A stretch of 64,000 bases of DNA from positions 594,806 through 658,805 of the forward strand of contig CAJINV010000023.1 in assembly GCA_905178155.1 (NCBI GenBank), written 5' to 3'. Under the pieces are notes generated by a model. It did no database searches. It was given only the letters and a program-made list of their open reading frames with translations, and had not been told where the DNA came from. The position numbers and the translations under genes were made by a program. The first letter of the stretch is position 1. Every line of letters begins with the position of its first letter. Shown piece after piece: positions 40,660-52,000 of the stretch. The DNA is from Amoebophrya sp. A120 (taxonomy: Eukaryota > Protista > Dinoflagellata).

Positions 40660-43600
40660 AGGTTGCGACTTCGGTTGATGCTGGAGGTCAGCATGCAATA
40701 CAGATTTAGAGAGTGAGGCGCTGGGCGGGGTGCGTCGTAGCACCAGGGAAACTTTTGAAAGTTTCAAGATTTCTTGAAAACCGAGCTGATTCAACTTTCA
40801 AAGTTTCCATCCATTTATGGTTTCCACCTTTTTACAGTTTCAAGCCTTTTGCAACTTTTACACATCTTACCCTCCTACAGCTTCAAGCTTCTTACAGTTT
40901 CAAAATAAAGGAAGGACGAACAGGGGGACCGGGTTGAGATCCGAGATCCGACAACCCGGATCCCGGACCCCCCCCTCCCCCCCCCTCTCCCACCTCCCCC
41001 CTCCGCCTTGTGTTTTCAAGATATCGCGACAACCGACCTGACGCAGCTTTTCGATTTTGTCCGAAGTGGGTTTGTTTCGATTTTGTCCCAAGTGGGTTTG
41101 CAAAGGGCGGGGCCACAGCCCTACTTACACTTTCCGCCCGGTGTGTAAGTTGCGGGGCCCCGGGCTTAAGTCCTTAAGATAGGCGCGGGCTTGGGGACTT
41201 GGGTTGCCGCCCCCCCCGTATTTCTGTGCTGTTGGGTCTGTTGCCAACAAAGTGCGTCGACCCCATCTCCCGGCCACAGACCTATCCCTCAACTCAGGCG
41301 CGTAGCGCAAGGCTTGGGGCGCCGGGCTTTCGACCTTAAGTCCGGCGCGACCAATATGCTTTCCAATGTTTTCATGTTGTTGGGGTACCTTCGTAGTGTT
41401 GGGCTTCTGGCCCTTGCCAACGGAGCCGACTCCCGATCCCCCCGTCCCCCCCTTCCCCGCTTCCTTGTGTTTTCAAGATGTGTGCTTTCAAGATGAACCC
41501 AGACCCGACTTGATTCTCCCTTTCAATTTTCGGATTTTTCCATGGGTCGGAAAAGCCCCCCCCACTTCGACGGAGAATTTTTCTTCAAAACATTGGGAGG
41601 CGAAAACGACACAGCTGGCGCATATACGATCGCGGCGCTTTTAGCTTCGCAAACGCCTTTATCCAGCGCGGCCCGGAAAAAGTGAAACATCACTGAGATT
41701 TCGCTCCTTTTTCCAGTGCGGCACTGAGAAAGGAATGAAAACTCCCTGCGCTTTCACTTTTTGAGAGGTCTCACTTTTGGGCCATCCCGGAGAAGTGGCT
41801 CGCAAAGCGAAACTTTTCAAAAAGTGAAATCTCGCGGAGATTTCAGTCTTTGAAAAATTTCACAGACTTTTGGACCATCCGGGCGAAGTGGCTCGGAAAG
41901 TGAAACTTGTCGCCACACTTGTGTAATCGAAAAGAAACAGTCGGGCAATGTTTTTTCCTCAGCGGGTGACGAAAGAAAAGACGAGTCTCTCATGCTGAAA
42001 TCAAACGCATTCCATTTCAAGCGTGACAGTCTTATTTGGGAATCTCAGTCAATAGCTCGACTGAAAGACTTTTTTGTGTGTTGCCGCCCGTGTTCGCAAT
42101 TCTTCGGTCAACGAAATTTCGCAAAAAGTGAAATAGCAGGGAGATTTTACAACGTTTTGAAAAGTCTCACTTCGGGGCCATCCCGGAGAAGTTGCTCGGA
42201 ATACGAAACTTCTCAGAAAGTGAAATCTCACTGAGCTTTCAGTCTTTGAAAAGTTTCAGACTTTTGGGCCATCCCGGCGAAGTAGCTCGGAAAGTGAGAC
42301 TTCTCAAAAAGTGAAATAGCAGGGAGATTTTACAACTTTTTGAGAAGTCTCATCTTGGGGCCATCCCGGAGAAGTGTCTCGGAGAGTGAAGCTTCTCAGA
42401 AAGTGAAATCTCGCTGAGATAGAAAGTGAAATCTCGCTGAGATAGATAGCGAAATCTCGCTGAGATAGAAAGTGGAATCTCACTGAGATTTCACTTTTTG
42501 AGAGTGCTAGCCTATGCAGCCCTACCCCATACATTACTTACTTGACCACCCCGCCCAAGTACTACTACGAAGCCAGTTGCCTGGAATTTACAGAAGACGG
42601 GCCAGGTAAAAAACAAAGAGAGGCCCCGCATTGCCGAGGAATGCAATCACCGCGCGCGTTGTTCATCACGCGTGTCGCTGGCTTCATAATGCAGAGGCGG
42701 GCACAGCGACAGCAGTGGGCTGCTGCATTACTTCCACCCGGGCACACTGCCGCACTGCGTTGGCCCTGGGCATTAAAGGTTGCGACTTCGGTTGATGCTG
42801 GAGGTCAGCATGCAATACAGATTTATTATCACTCGAAATGAAATAGTACAAGACCAGCTTTTTTACAAGATCGAAGCTGTCACAGACATCCAGCCAGGGA
42901 GTATGATATTTGCAAAGATGCATACTTGCCTGGATGCTGCAAGTTCTAGTACCTTCAGTTGAGACCTATGATCCATGTGTGCTCGTGTTCTGACTGTTTT
43001 CAGTGTCGTTAGTTCACTTCACAGCTCGCTCTTTTGCGAAGATGAGAAGCACTGCGGCTGAATGATTCTTTAGCCTCCACCTTCGCAAGAATGCTCTTTT
43101 AGTCTAGTTTCTTAGCCAGGAGCTTCCAAAAACTTCTTCTACCGCACTTAATATTAAAATTAATATATACGCATTTAAAAATACTTATTGATGCCAAAAA
43201 TCTCGTTCTTCAGAACGGATTCGATTCCGCAAAGGATTGGCAAAAGGAAAAACTCCCCCTCCCCATATTGAAAAGGTATGTTTCCGAAAATTTGTGTTGC
43301 TGATTTGAGGTCACAAATCACATTTGTGTTGCAAGAAGAGGGCGCCAGAAGCTTCCGCCCCATTATGGAAGCGATTTGTCATGCTCTTGGGCCTAAAGGG
43401 GGGCCGTTTGCCATGCTAAGCAGCTAGACCAAGACGCCCCTACCTAGCCTGGGGGTCTGACCGCAATGCCTCTCTGCAATACAAAGCTGATTTGTGTACA
43501 CAAATCCAGCATCAGAAGTTCCGTTTTGATATGGGGAGGGGGGATTTTTCCTTCTGATGAGGATTGGCAAGAGATCATGGTGGAGAGCGGCGCATCAACG

Positions 43601-44913
43601 ACTTCTAGGATCAGAGCCATTCTTTTGGGGTCCGCAGCACATTCTTGGCGTGCGGTGTCAGGATTTCGAGCAAAACAGCTACGCGACCGCGCTGCCATTC
43701 CTCTAGGTGGGAGTCATTAAAAGAGCGACCCCGGCAGCGCGGTGTTGCCTGGTCTCGGCCCAACGCCCGTGCTTTGGCGCTTACGTGCTTCAGGCCTCCG
43801 GCCAATCCAAAACGCCCCGCCTGGCGATCAGGCCGCCTCGCGCTTGCATACTTCTGGGCAGCGGCTCCCGAACAGCGGCAGACCACTTCTTCCGGGGCTG
43901 CCTAGGTTGCCTAATTCATGCGCCACATTTCTCAACGGGCCAAAGGCTTCGCAGGCGGGGCCGTCGTTGCTGCAAGGCAGCTTGGTCTGTGTCAAGGACC
44001 CGGCCAAAGCGCAAGCTCCGAAAGCAATCATCCTGCCCCGCATCTTGAAGGCCCTCGCAAAAGACCCAGCGTGGGCGCACGCCTTGGCTGGTCCGCTATC
44101 AAAAAAGCGGCAGGCTTCGCAGGCGATATCGCACTCCGTCGGGCAGGAATGCGTTCTGAGGTGGCGGGCAGGCTATTGCCGGCGCGCTGTGCCGAAAGGC
44201 TGAGCCCGCGACGCCGTTTTTCTAGAAGTCCCGGTCCCGGGCTTCCGGATGTTCTTTGGATTCTGCGAAGAAAGGTCCATCCGCGAGACCCCTAAAAGGT
44301 TTTTTTTCCGGAACCCTCGCAGCAGTGGGGGAAGCTTCCAAAAGTAGTGTTTTTGGCTACCCCTCCCGGAGGGTCCTCAACAAGGGTCTCGCAGAGGAGA
44401 AAGTCTCCAGCTTCGGAAGCCCTCGGCGCATCTTTCCGCCGGGGCCCCGGGCATCCCGGCCTGCCTACGGGCGAAGTTCGCATAGGCCCCAGGGCCTACT
44501 GGAACTAGAGGCACGGAGGAGAAGGCGTAGGCCGCCGGGGCCTGCCGCTAGTTTACAGCTTTACCAGCGCGCCCGCCCCCCTCAGTTCGTTGTAGCTCTA
44601 TCACAGCAAAAACGGCCATGGCCTTGAAAGCTTTCCCCACCAAACCCAACCGGGGCAATTTGTACCGATGGGGCTGCAGCGCGCAGGCTTCGCCGAGAGG
44701 GGTTCTGCCGCATGTGGCTGCGCTACTGAAGCGCGGCCCGCTTGGATTGGCGCCCATTACTCACGAAAGGGCATGAGGGCGCTGCGCAGAAGCAGAAAAT
44801 CTGGCAGGCCAGGAAAGGGCCAAAACTGAGTGGGAAGGCGGGGCCTTTGATGTTCCCAACAACTCGTAGGTTGCGACTTCGGTTGATGCTGGAGGTCAGC
44901 ATGCAATACAGAT
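40660..44913 (+). repeat. Dispersed exact 46-bp repeat R2, three copies (40660-40705, 42777-42822, 44868-44913)
   Basis: AGGTTGCGACTTCGGTTGATGCTGGAGGTCAGCATGCAATACAGAT is identical in all three copies, with unrelated flanking blocks. Confidence 0.9.
41680..42500 (+). repeat. Complex minisatellite built from AAAGTGAAATCTCRCTGAGAT and GGGCCATCCCGGAGAAGT..CTCG subunits
   Basis: The subunits recur many times (e.g. 41779, 42175, 42266, 42358; tandem at 42400-42490). Confidence 0.8.
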
Positions 44914-46180
44914 CTATTAAGGTCGCGCCCGGAGGGCGATATTGGTAACCAAATGCGTGTGCGAAAATCTAACCAGCGCGAAGGTCCACCAACCTTTTTC
45001 TACCATCGCCGCGGCCCCGCGGGCCGCGCTTTCGCCGCGCGGCCGCTTCTGCAAACGAGAAAAAGCCCCATTTATTTCTAATTTCTAGATTCCCACGTCT
45101 TGGCAAGAGATCATGGTGGAGAGCGGCGCATCAACGACTTCTAGGATCTGCTGACTCCCACCGACACAAGCGCCGCAGCCCGTGTCTGCGATGCCGAAGG
45201 TCGGGCGGAAGAGCGGGCTGGAAAGATAGGCCTCATATTTGATGAGCCCGAAAAAACCCGTCGATCGTGATCCCCCCGGAACTGCTAGTTTGTTGTTCCG
45301 GAACCGCGCCACCGTAGAAGGACGCGACTTTGGATTTTTCACCAGCCGCGGGCGGCTGCGAAGAAGAAGATCCGGAGCCCGGAGCTGCTGTCTCCTTCTC
45401 CTGCATTTTGACCATCAACGCATGCGCCTTTTTGTCGACGGCAGACGGGAATGCGCGATCTTGTTTGCTGGGACGGTAGGAAGATGGAGAGGCACTGGTG
45501 GTCTTGCCCTTTTTGCCTTTCCCCTTCGTGGCGGGGTTGGCGTTGCACTTCGAGGTAGGAAAACCAAAGCAAAAGCACGACTTTTTCATTTTGTCGCGAC
45601 AGAAAAATTCCCCGAAAAAAAAAACAGCACGGAGCAATGTTCCCTACCGATTAATGGGCAAAAAAACTGTAATGAGTGTCGAAAAACTAGTGTCTTAATT
45701 GGCCCAAGTCTTTTGCAGATACCGACTTTGTATATCACGATAGACGACTACAAGGTTCGAACGATTGAAGAACGAGAAGAATAATACTTCTTTAACGAAC
45801 AAGAAGGCTTACGATGTGCAGAGACCGAAGATCGTTAAAGAAGAATAAATCAAACGAACGGGGAGGGTAGACGTCCTCGCGGGTGTTAGGGGTTTAAATT
45901 ACTATTAGGCTTCTCCACCAATGTTGACCGACCGGTTGAACACGAAAATGTCAAACCAGAGATCAGAATTCATTCGGTTGAGATACCCACAAAAGACTGT
46001 TCATTTTTGATGTACATTTCATGTTTCGCAATTCAGCAAGGCACGCTTGCTTTTTCTCTTTCTCGCGGGGAAAAAAAGTCAGAAAAAACATCAACAGATT
46101 CTGTTTCTTTCATTCACACGAGCGTGGCAACACAGCAAGAGATCATGGTGGAGAGCGGCGCATCAACGACTTCTAGGATC
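43567..46180 (+). repeat. Dispersed exact 46-bp repeat R1, three copies (43567-43612, 45103-45148, 46135-46180)
   Basis: GCAAGAGATCATGGTGGAGAGCGGCGCATCAACGACTTCTAGGATC is identical in all three copies, with unrelated flanking blocks. Confidence 0.9.
45149..45640 (-). pseudogene. Degenerate LTR-retrotransposon gag/aspartic-protease fragment
   Basis: Low-complexity KGKGKKGK gag-like stretch followed, after a frame change, by FGIADTGCGACVGG (retropepsin D-T-G motif). It is truncated exactly at R1. Confidence 0.5.
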
Positions 46181-47497
46181 AGACGGATCGTGCCTTCTGA
46201 CCATGCAGGGGTTCTTCATTTTAGTAGGGCCCACGCGGAATCTACTGACGAGAGGAGCTCTTATATTGTAATGAAACATGATCCCCCCCATATCGAAAAG
46301 AAAATTTGTGATGCTGATTTGTGAGGACCACATAATTCGTCTTGCGTATAAGGCAACCGGCACCCATGTGGCGCATTTTGCAGCGAGTCTGTCATGCGTT
46401 TTCGCCTATGTCGCACTTGTTTCTAATGCTCAGCTGCTACCCGGATGCGTACCCAAATGGGCTCAGAATAAGCCGACAAGCTCTTGCTGCAGTACAAAGC
46501 TCATTTGTGTACACAAATCCAGCAACACAAATTGTCTCTTTGATATGGGATGGGCGCTTTTTTCACTTTGATATCTTAGAAGTTTGCAAGACCTTCGGCA
46601 ACGCGGGGTTGCCAGGGCATGAGCAGGAGAAAATATCGAAAGGAAACTACATCCCGCCTCCACCTCCATATCAAGAAAGGGGAAATCTCCGATGCAAGAT
46701 CATTTCCGTACACAAATCAGCTCTGTCTTGCAGTAAGAGAATTATGGCGGCAGATGCAAAGCCTGGGCCGGGATGTTTTGAGCTAGGCGCTTAGGATGGC
46801 AAACGTCTGCCCTTTAGGTCCAACGGCATCACAAACGAAACCGCGCGCATAATGTAGCGAACTTTCTGGATTTGTCTCCTTGCAACACAGACGCGACCTG
46901 TCGCTGCAAATCAGCATCACAAATTTGCAGAAGCATGCCGCTTCAATATGGGGAGGGGAGATTTCTCCTTACGATAGCACAGAGCTGAAAACCAGAGGCG
47001 AGCCGATCGAGAATATCCAGTGCAAAAGTATCGTACTCGCATTGCCATCATGCATTACAAATCCTTTTCTTAAGGTAAATCTGCATTACAAATTTTATTT
47101 CTAATGCTGAGGAAATTTGTAATGCATTTATACGAGTACGATACTTTTGCAGTTCATAGAGAATATCCAGTGCAAATATCCTTAGATGTCTGGAAGGATC
47201 CGAACTTGTGATGCGAATTGCGGTTCTTCGTGCAAAGATTTGTATTGCATGACTGGCAACAGGTGCAGCTTACACCTCTGGCCATGCTGAGAGGGTATTT
47301 CTCATGCGGAAAAGGCATCGGAAAGGGGCTGCAGAAACTGTGACCATGCTAGGACCCGCATTCCAGATTTGAGAGAGGGAGCTAGAAAAACTGCATGACA
47401 AAAAATACAAGCTTTTATGCAATACAGATTTTTCTGGAGTCCTGGACAAGCAATACAAGTTCAACCTTTCCAGACCCAGACATATTTGCATTTGATA

Positions 47498-48434
47498 CCA
47501 GGCTGTGCTCGGTGGGGATCAGTCGGTCCAGTTTCCCGTGGATAATCAGCACGGGCTGGTTGCTGATGTTCTGGATGTGCAGTAAGTTTTGAAACCGGTC
47601 TATCACAAGAAAAAAGTGTTACAGTTACAACACATTTGTTGTAAGTAACTTCAGCAAGACAAATTTTCTCTGCATGAGAGAGAAAACTTGCAATGCCCAG
47701 ACCATGATAAGGGAAAACACGTATGAAATGAAGCACGGAAGCATTTCTGGCATGACAGAGGTTGTCTGTCATGCTGGGCTTGCAACACAATGTGTATACT
47801 GTAACACTTTTTTCCCACGATACGGTCGCGCCGATCGGGGAACAAACTGCTTGTGGAGGTTGTGCTCGAGCGGCTGCCGGTCGTTGCAGTTATGCAATAC
47901 AAATCAACAGTTCCCGCACATGATGCACACAGTGCATCACAAATTTTTTCCTCGATGTAGAGCTGCATGCAGCTTGTCTCGCAGCAAACGAGATTGCGAG
48001 AGAAGTTTTGTGATGCAAAAACGAGTGTGCGGTATTGATTTTTTTTGGACGATAGTAGTGCCCCCCGATGCCACCGCCGGCGCCGCCCCGTACGTGATCT
48101 ATGAATTGCAAATATGCCTGCGTCTGGAAGATTTTGAGACTTGTCATGCACGTTTTGCATGAGCCATGATGTCTATGTCTAATAGCATCACAGATTTTTC
48201 GAGGGCTTATTGATGCGTGCTCCGCATGACAAATGCCCTCTTCGCGTAGCAAAAATTACATTCCCTTCACTGCTCATGCAATACAGTTTTTTTTGGAATC
48301 CAGATGCAGCATCACAAGTTGCACTCTACTTCCAGACGCAGACATATTTGCAGTTGATACGACCCAGGGAAAGACCAGGTTTTTGAACAGAAAGCCGACG
48401 AGCGCAGCTTTGACTCTCGCGCCGGCGCCTACGT
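47498..48434 (-). pseudogene. Orphan four-exon C-terminal fragment of an alpha/beta-hydrolase (ABHD13/17-like)
   Basis: Spliced: VGAGARVKAALVGFLFKNLVFPWxTYGAAPAVASGGTTTTGSRSSTTSTSSLFPDRRDRFQNLLHIQNISNQPVLIIHGKLDRLIPTEHSL. D.F.N...I.....PVLIIHGxxDxxIP..H is the acid-residue region of this family. No adjacent start or continuation found. Confidence 0.65.
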
Positions 48435-49010
48435 TATGCATTGCAAATCTGTCTGGGTCTGGATGAAGGATCCGATCTTGTGATGCGGGTTGCGGACTGT
48501 GCAAAGATTTGTGTTGCATGACCGGCAGCAGGTGCGCACTTCTGGCCATGCTGAGAGGGTATTTCTCATGCAGAATAGGCATCACGAAGGGGCTGCAGAA
48601 CCTGTGATGCTAGGAGCCGCATTCTAGATTCATTTGAGGGAGCTAGAAAAACTGCATGACAAAAAATCTCGGAATCTTCCGGACCCAGATCGATAATTGC
48701 ATTTCATAGAGTATCCTGAGTAAAAACGTACCCACACCATAGTCAAGATGGGGAATCGGCTAGACAAATCCACAAGTTTTGGCTGTTTTGCATGACAAAT
48801 TTGGATTCGTAGTGTAGTGCTGTTTGAGCTAGCTCAGCAGCATCACAGATCTAGCATACCATGCTGATTGGAGCATGACAAATTGCAAAACACGACTAGA
48901 AAATGCTTCTCATGGGGCTCCGCATGAGAAACATTTTCAGCATGCAGATTTGCATTACAACTCTGGCGTGGGTACGTTTTTACTCAGGATATAGAGAAGA
49001 CACAAGAACG

Positions 49011-52000
49011 ATGCCGGGCTTTATCCCGTGTAAAATAAACTTTCCCGCGCCATAGTCAAGTTGGTAAATCTGCAACACAAATCTCCCAGCTTTGGGAGGT
49101 ATATGCATGACAAGTTAATATCTGTAGTGTAGTGCAGTTTATTAGCAAGGACAGCCATATCACAAAGACGCCTGCTCATCCTGTAGTTTACAGCATTACA
49201 AACCCCAGAACACGACTACAAATTCCTCTCTTGCGGATGTGCATTACAGATTTTTCTGTAGATGCAAATCTGCATGCGTTGTTATCATGCAGATCTGCAA
49301 CTACAGAAGCATTTGTGAAGATGCGGCGCATGATCCCCATGAAGAGGGGCATTTCCGATCGTGTTTCCCGGACGAGCAGAAAATGCTGTAAACAGGAGAC
49401 GTAGAAGGTGGCGTTGTAAAAATGTTGCTGCTGCACATGCACTTGCTGATGCTGAACAAACTGCAGTATGATACAGAGAGGAGCTTGTTATCATGCGTGA
49501 TTCCCAAAAAAACTTCTGGGTTTCTGTTGGGATTACATCTGCATCTTGAGGACTCTGGTGTGCGGACGCTTATTTTCCTCAGGATACGCTATGTACTCTC
49601 ATCTTCTTCAGCATCAGCAGGAGCTGCTTCAGCTTCCAACATATCAAAATGAAAAATCCCCCCTCCCCATGTCAAAAAGGAAAGCTGTGATGCAGATTTA
49701 CAGTCACAAATCAGCTTTGTCATTCTAGAAGGGAAAAGATGCGGACTGTAGTGCTGAGTGGCGTGGGGAAGCCTGCATGTTCAGCATGATAGGAAGCAAC
49801 AGGAAGTGGGAAACAGCATGACCAATTGCCTGCAAACGAGGCCACAACTGCGGCTCGGGCTCTTGGCCTTCTAGCATTACAAGTCGATTTCTGTACTCAA
49901 ATACAGCATCACAAATTTCGTTTTCGATGCGGGGAGGGGGAGTTTTTCCTTTTGATACAACAGCTTGAAAATTCCCTGGCTTTTGCTCGGAACAACGCTT
50001 GGGCTGTTTTGCGCTGCCTACCTGGTATCAAATGTAAAAATGTCCTCTGGGTCTGGAAGATTCTGAGACTTGTCATGCATGTTTTGCATGACCCAGGACG
50101 TCTGTAATGCATGCCCTAGCATCACAGATTTTTAGAGGGCTTCCTGATGCCTACTCCGCATGATAAACGCCATCCCCGCGTAGCACACACCTAGACTCCT
50201 CTTGCTGGTCGTGCAAAAATACAGAGTTTTTTAGAGTCCGAAGTTAGCATCACAAGTTCCAACCTTCCAGACCCAGACACTTTTGCATTTGATCCCTGGC
50301 AGGGAGGATCAACTATGGAATCAACCACGATCCATCATCATCTTCCTCGTGCGCAGGAGCTTGGGCAGTTCTTGGACCTACTTCCAAGCTCAAATTTCGC
50401 CAGCAGCGCAGCAGTCTGGCGAGTGGCGCGCAGTTGAGTGGGCCTGATGCCCTGCAAGGAGGTATCAAAATGAAAAATCCCCCCTCCCCATATCGAACCG
50501 GAAATTTCTGTTGCTGGATTTGTGTACACAAATCAGCTCTGTCTTGCAGTGGAGGAATGCAGGCCCATATCATGCCAATGTAGAGAGGTTTTGGCATAGG
50601 CAAGCAGCATGAGGGCTGTCTATGCTGTAGGCCCAACAGCATTACAAACCGCCTGCATAATGGGGCGGAGCATATGCCGTTGCTTTCTTGCAAGACAGAC
50701 ACGATCTGTGGCCACCAACCAGCTTCGCAAATTCTCTGAGGCATGCCTTTTCGATATGGGGAGGGGGGGTTTTTCTTTACGATAGGAGGCCAGAATGTTC
50801 CTCGTCCGAGAACCTCTTCGGCAGGGCGAGATGAGATGAAAATGAATAATAAAGTAGAAGCGCCGCACGTCCCGCAGCCGCCTGTTAAGAATACACCCAC
50901 GTCGAGCGCAACAAGCCCAACATCAAGGCCCACCAGTTCTTCGCAGCTCGTCGCGACACAACAAGTCCCAAATGGTGGTCTGAAAAGGAACCATCAGACG
51001 TCTACTGACGCGGCCGCTGGTGCCCTGTACGGCATCTGCAGCGTTGTGTCAGCGGCTGGCAGCGTATGAGAGTGCACAGCCCCCCCTCGTCGTGCTCATC
51101 ATTTCTCATGCAAAATACCCAATTCCACACTTTCCCTCCTGTCACTATTATGCATGACAAGTTCTGGCACTGGCAGCCCAAATGGCACTACACTCCTGTG
51201 CAAACTTGTCATGCAAAACCTGCATTCTGGTTGACACTTGTATTGCCGTTCATGCTAAACGAATGAGGGGGAGGCGGAGTTGTGCTTTGTCATACAGCGT
51301 GTTGCTGTTCGAAGACGGATATCAAATGTAAAAATGTCTGGGTCTGGAAGAATGCAATTAATATTTACATTGCTTAACTTCCGGGTTCTGGTCCCGCCTA
51401 CCCCCCGGCGACAGGTGACCTCGACAGGTGACCGCGACAGGTGACCTTGACAGGTGACCTCGACAGGTGACCTTGACAGGTGACGCTGACAGGTGACCTT
51501 GACAGGTGACTTTGACAGGTGACCTTGACAGGTGACCCGGACAGGTGGCCGCGACAGGCGAAGCGAGAGGATAAAGCAAAGGCGAGACCAGCGCCTGGGC
51601 GCAAATATTTATTTTTCACGCCAAACTCCGCTCTTGACATGAAAAATAAATTAAACGCGCCCAAACAAAAAAATGCGACGCGAAAAATGAAAAAGATTGA
51701 AGCTGTAACACAAACTGCCTCCATAAACAAAGAAGTCTTCGCGTTGTGATGCCAAAATCAACAAGCGGCTATCTCTGCAATGCACGGCCAGGAGACAGCT
51801 TCTTACTTTGCTCTGTGGAATCGGAAAGGCGTTGCGCTTCAACATTAGAGAACTTTTTTGCAGCAGCCACACAGAGATATTCACTTTGCTTCTATTTTTG
51901 TTTTTTCTTGCGAAATGCAGTGTGCCTAATTCGCCCTTTTTCCACTAGCGCTTAGCTCACTGAGCGACTACGCGCGCGCCTGGTGTGAGGCGAGGGGCGG

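Noticed and set aside
43613-44860. GC-rich block with partial ORFs vaguely like a non-LTR reverse transcriptase
   Set aside because: No intact YxDD/FxDD or other diagnostic motif could be identified, so it is left unannotated.
40660-46180. R1/R2 as relict dinoflagellate spliced-leader sequences
   Set aside because: Neither matches the DinoSL (DCCGTAGCCATTTTGGCTCAAG), and I did not spot that sequence in the window by eye.
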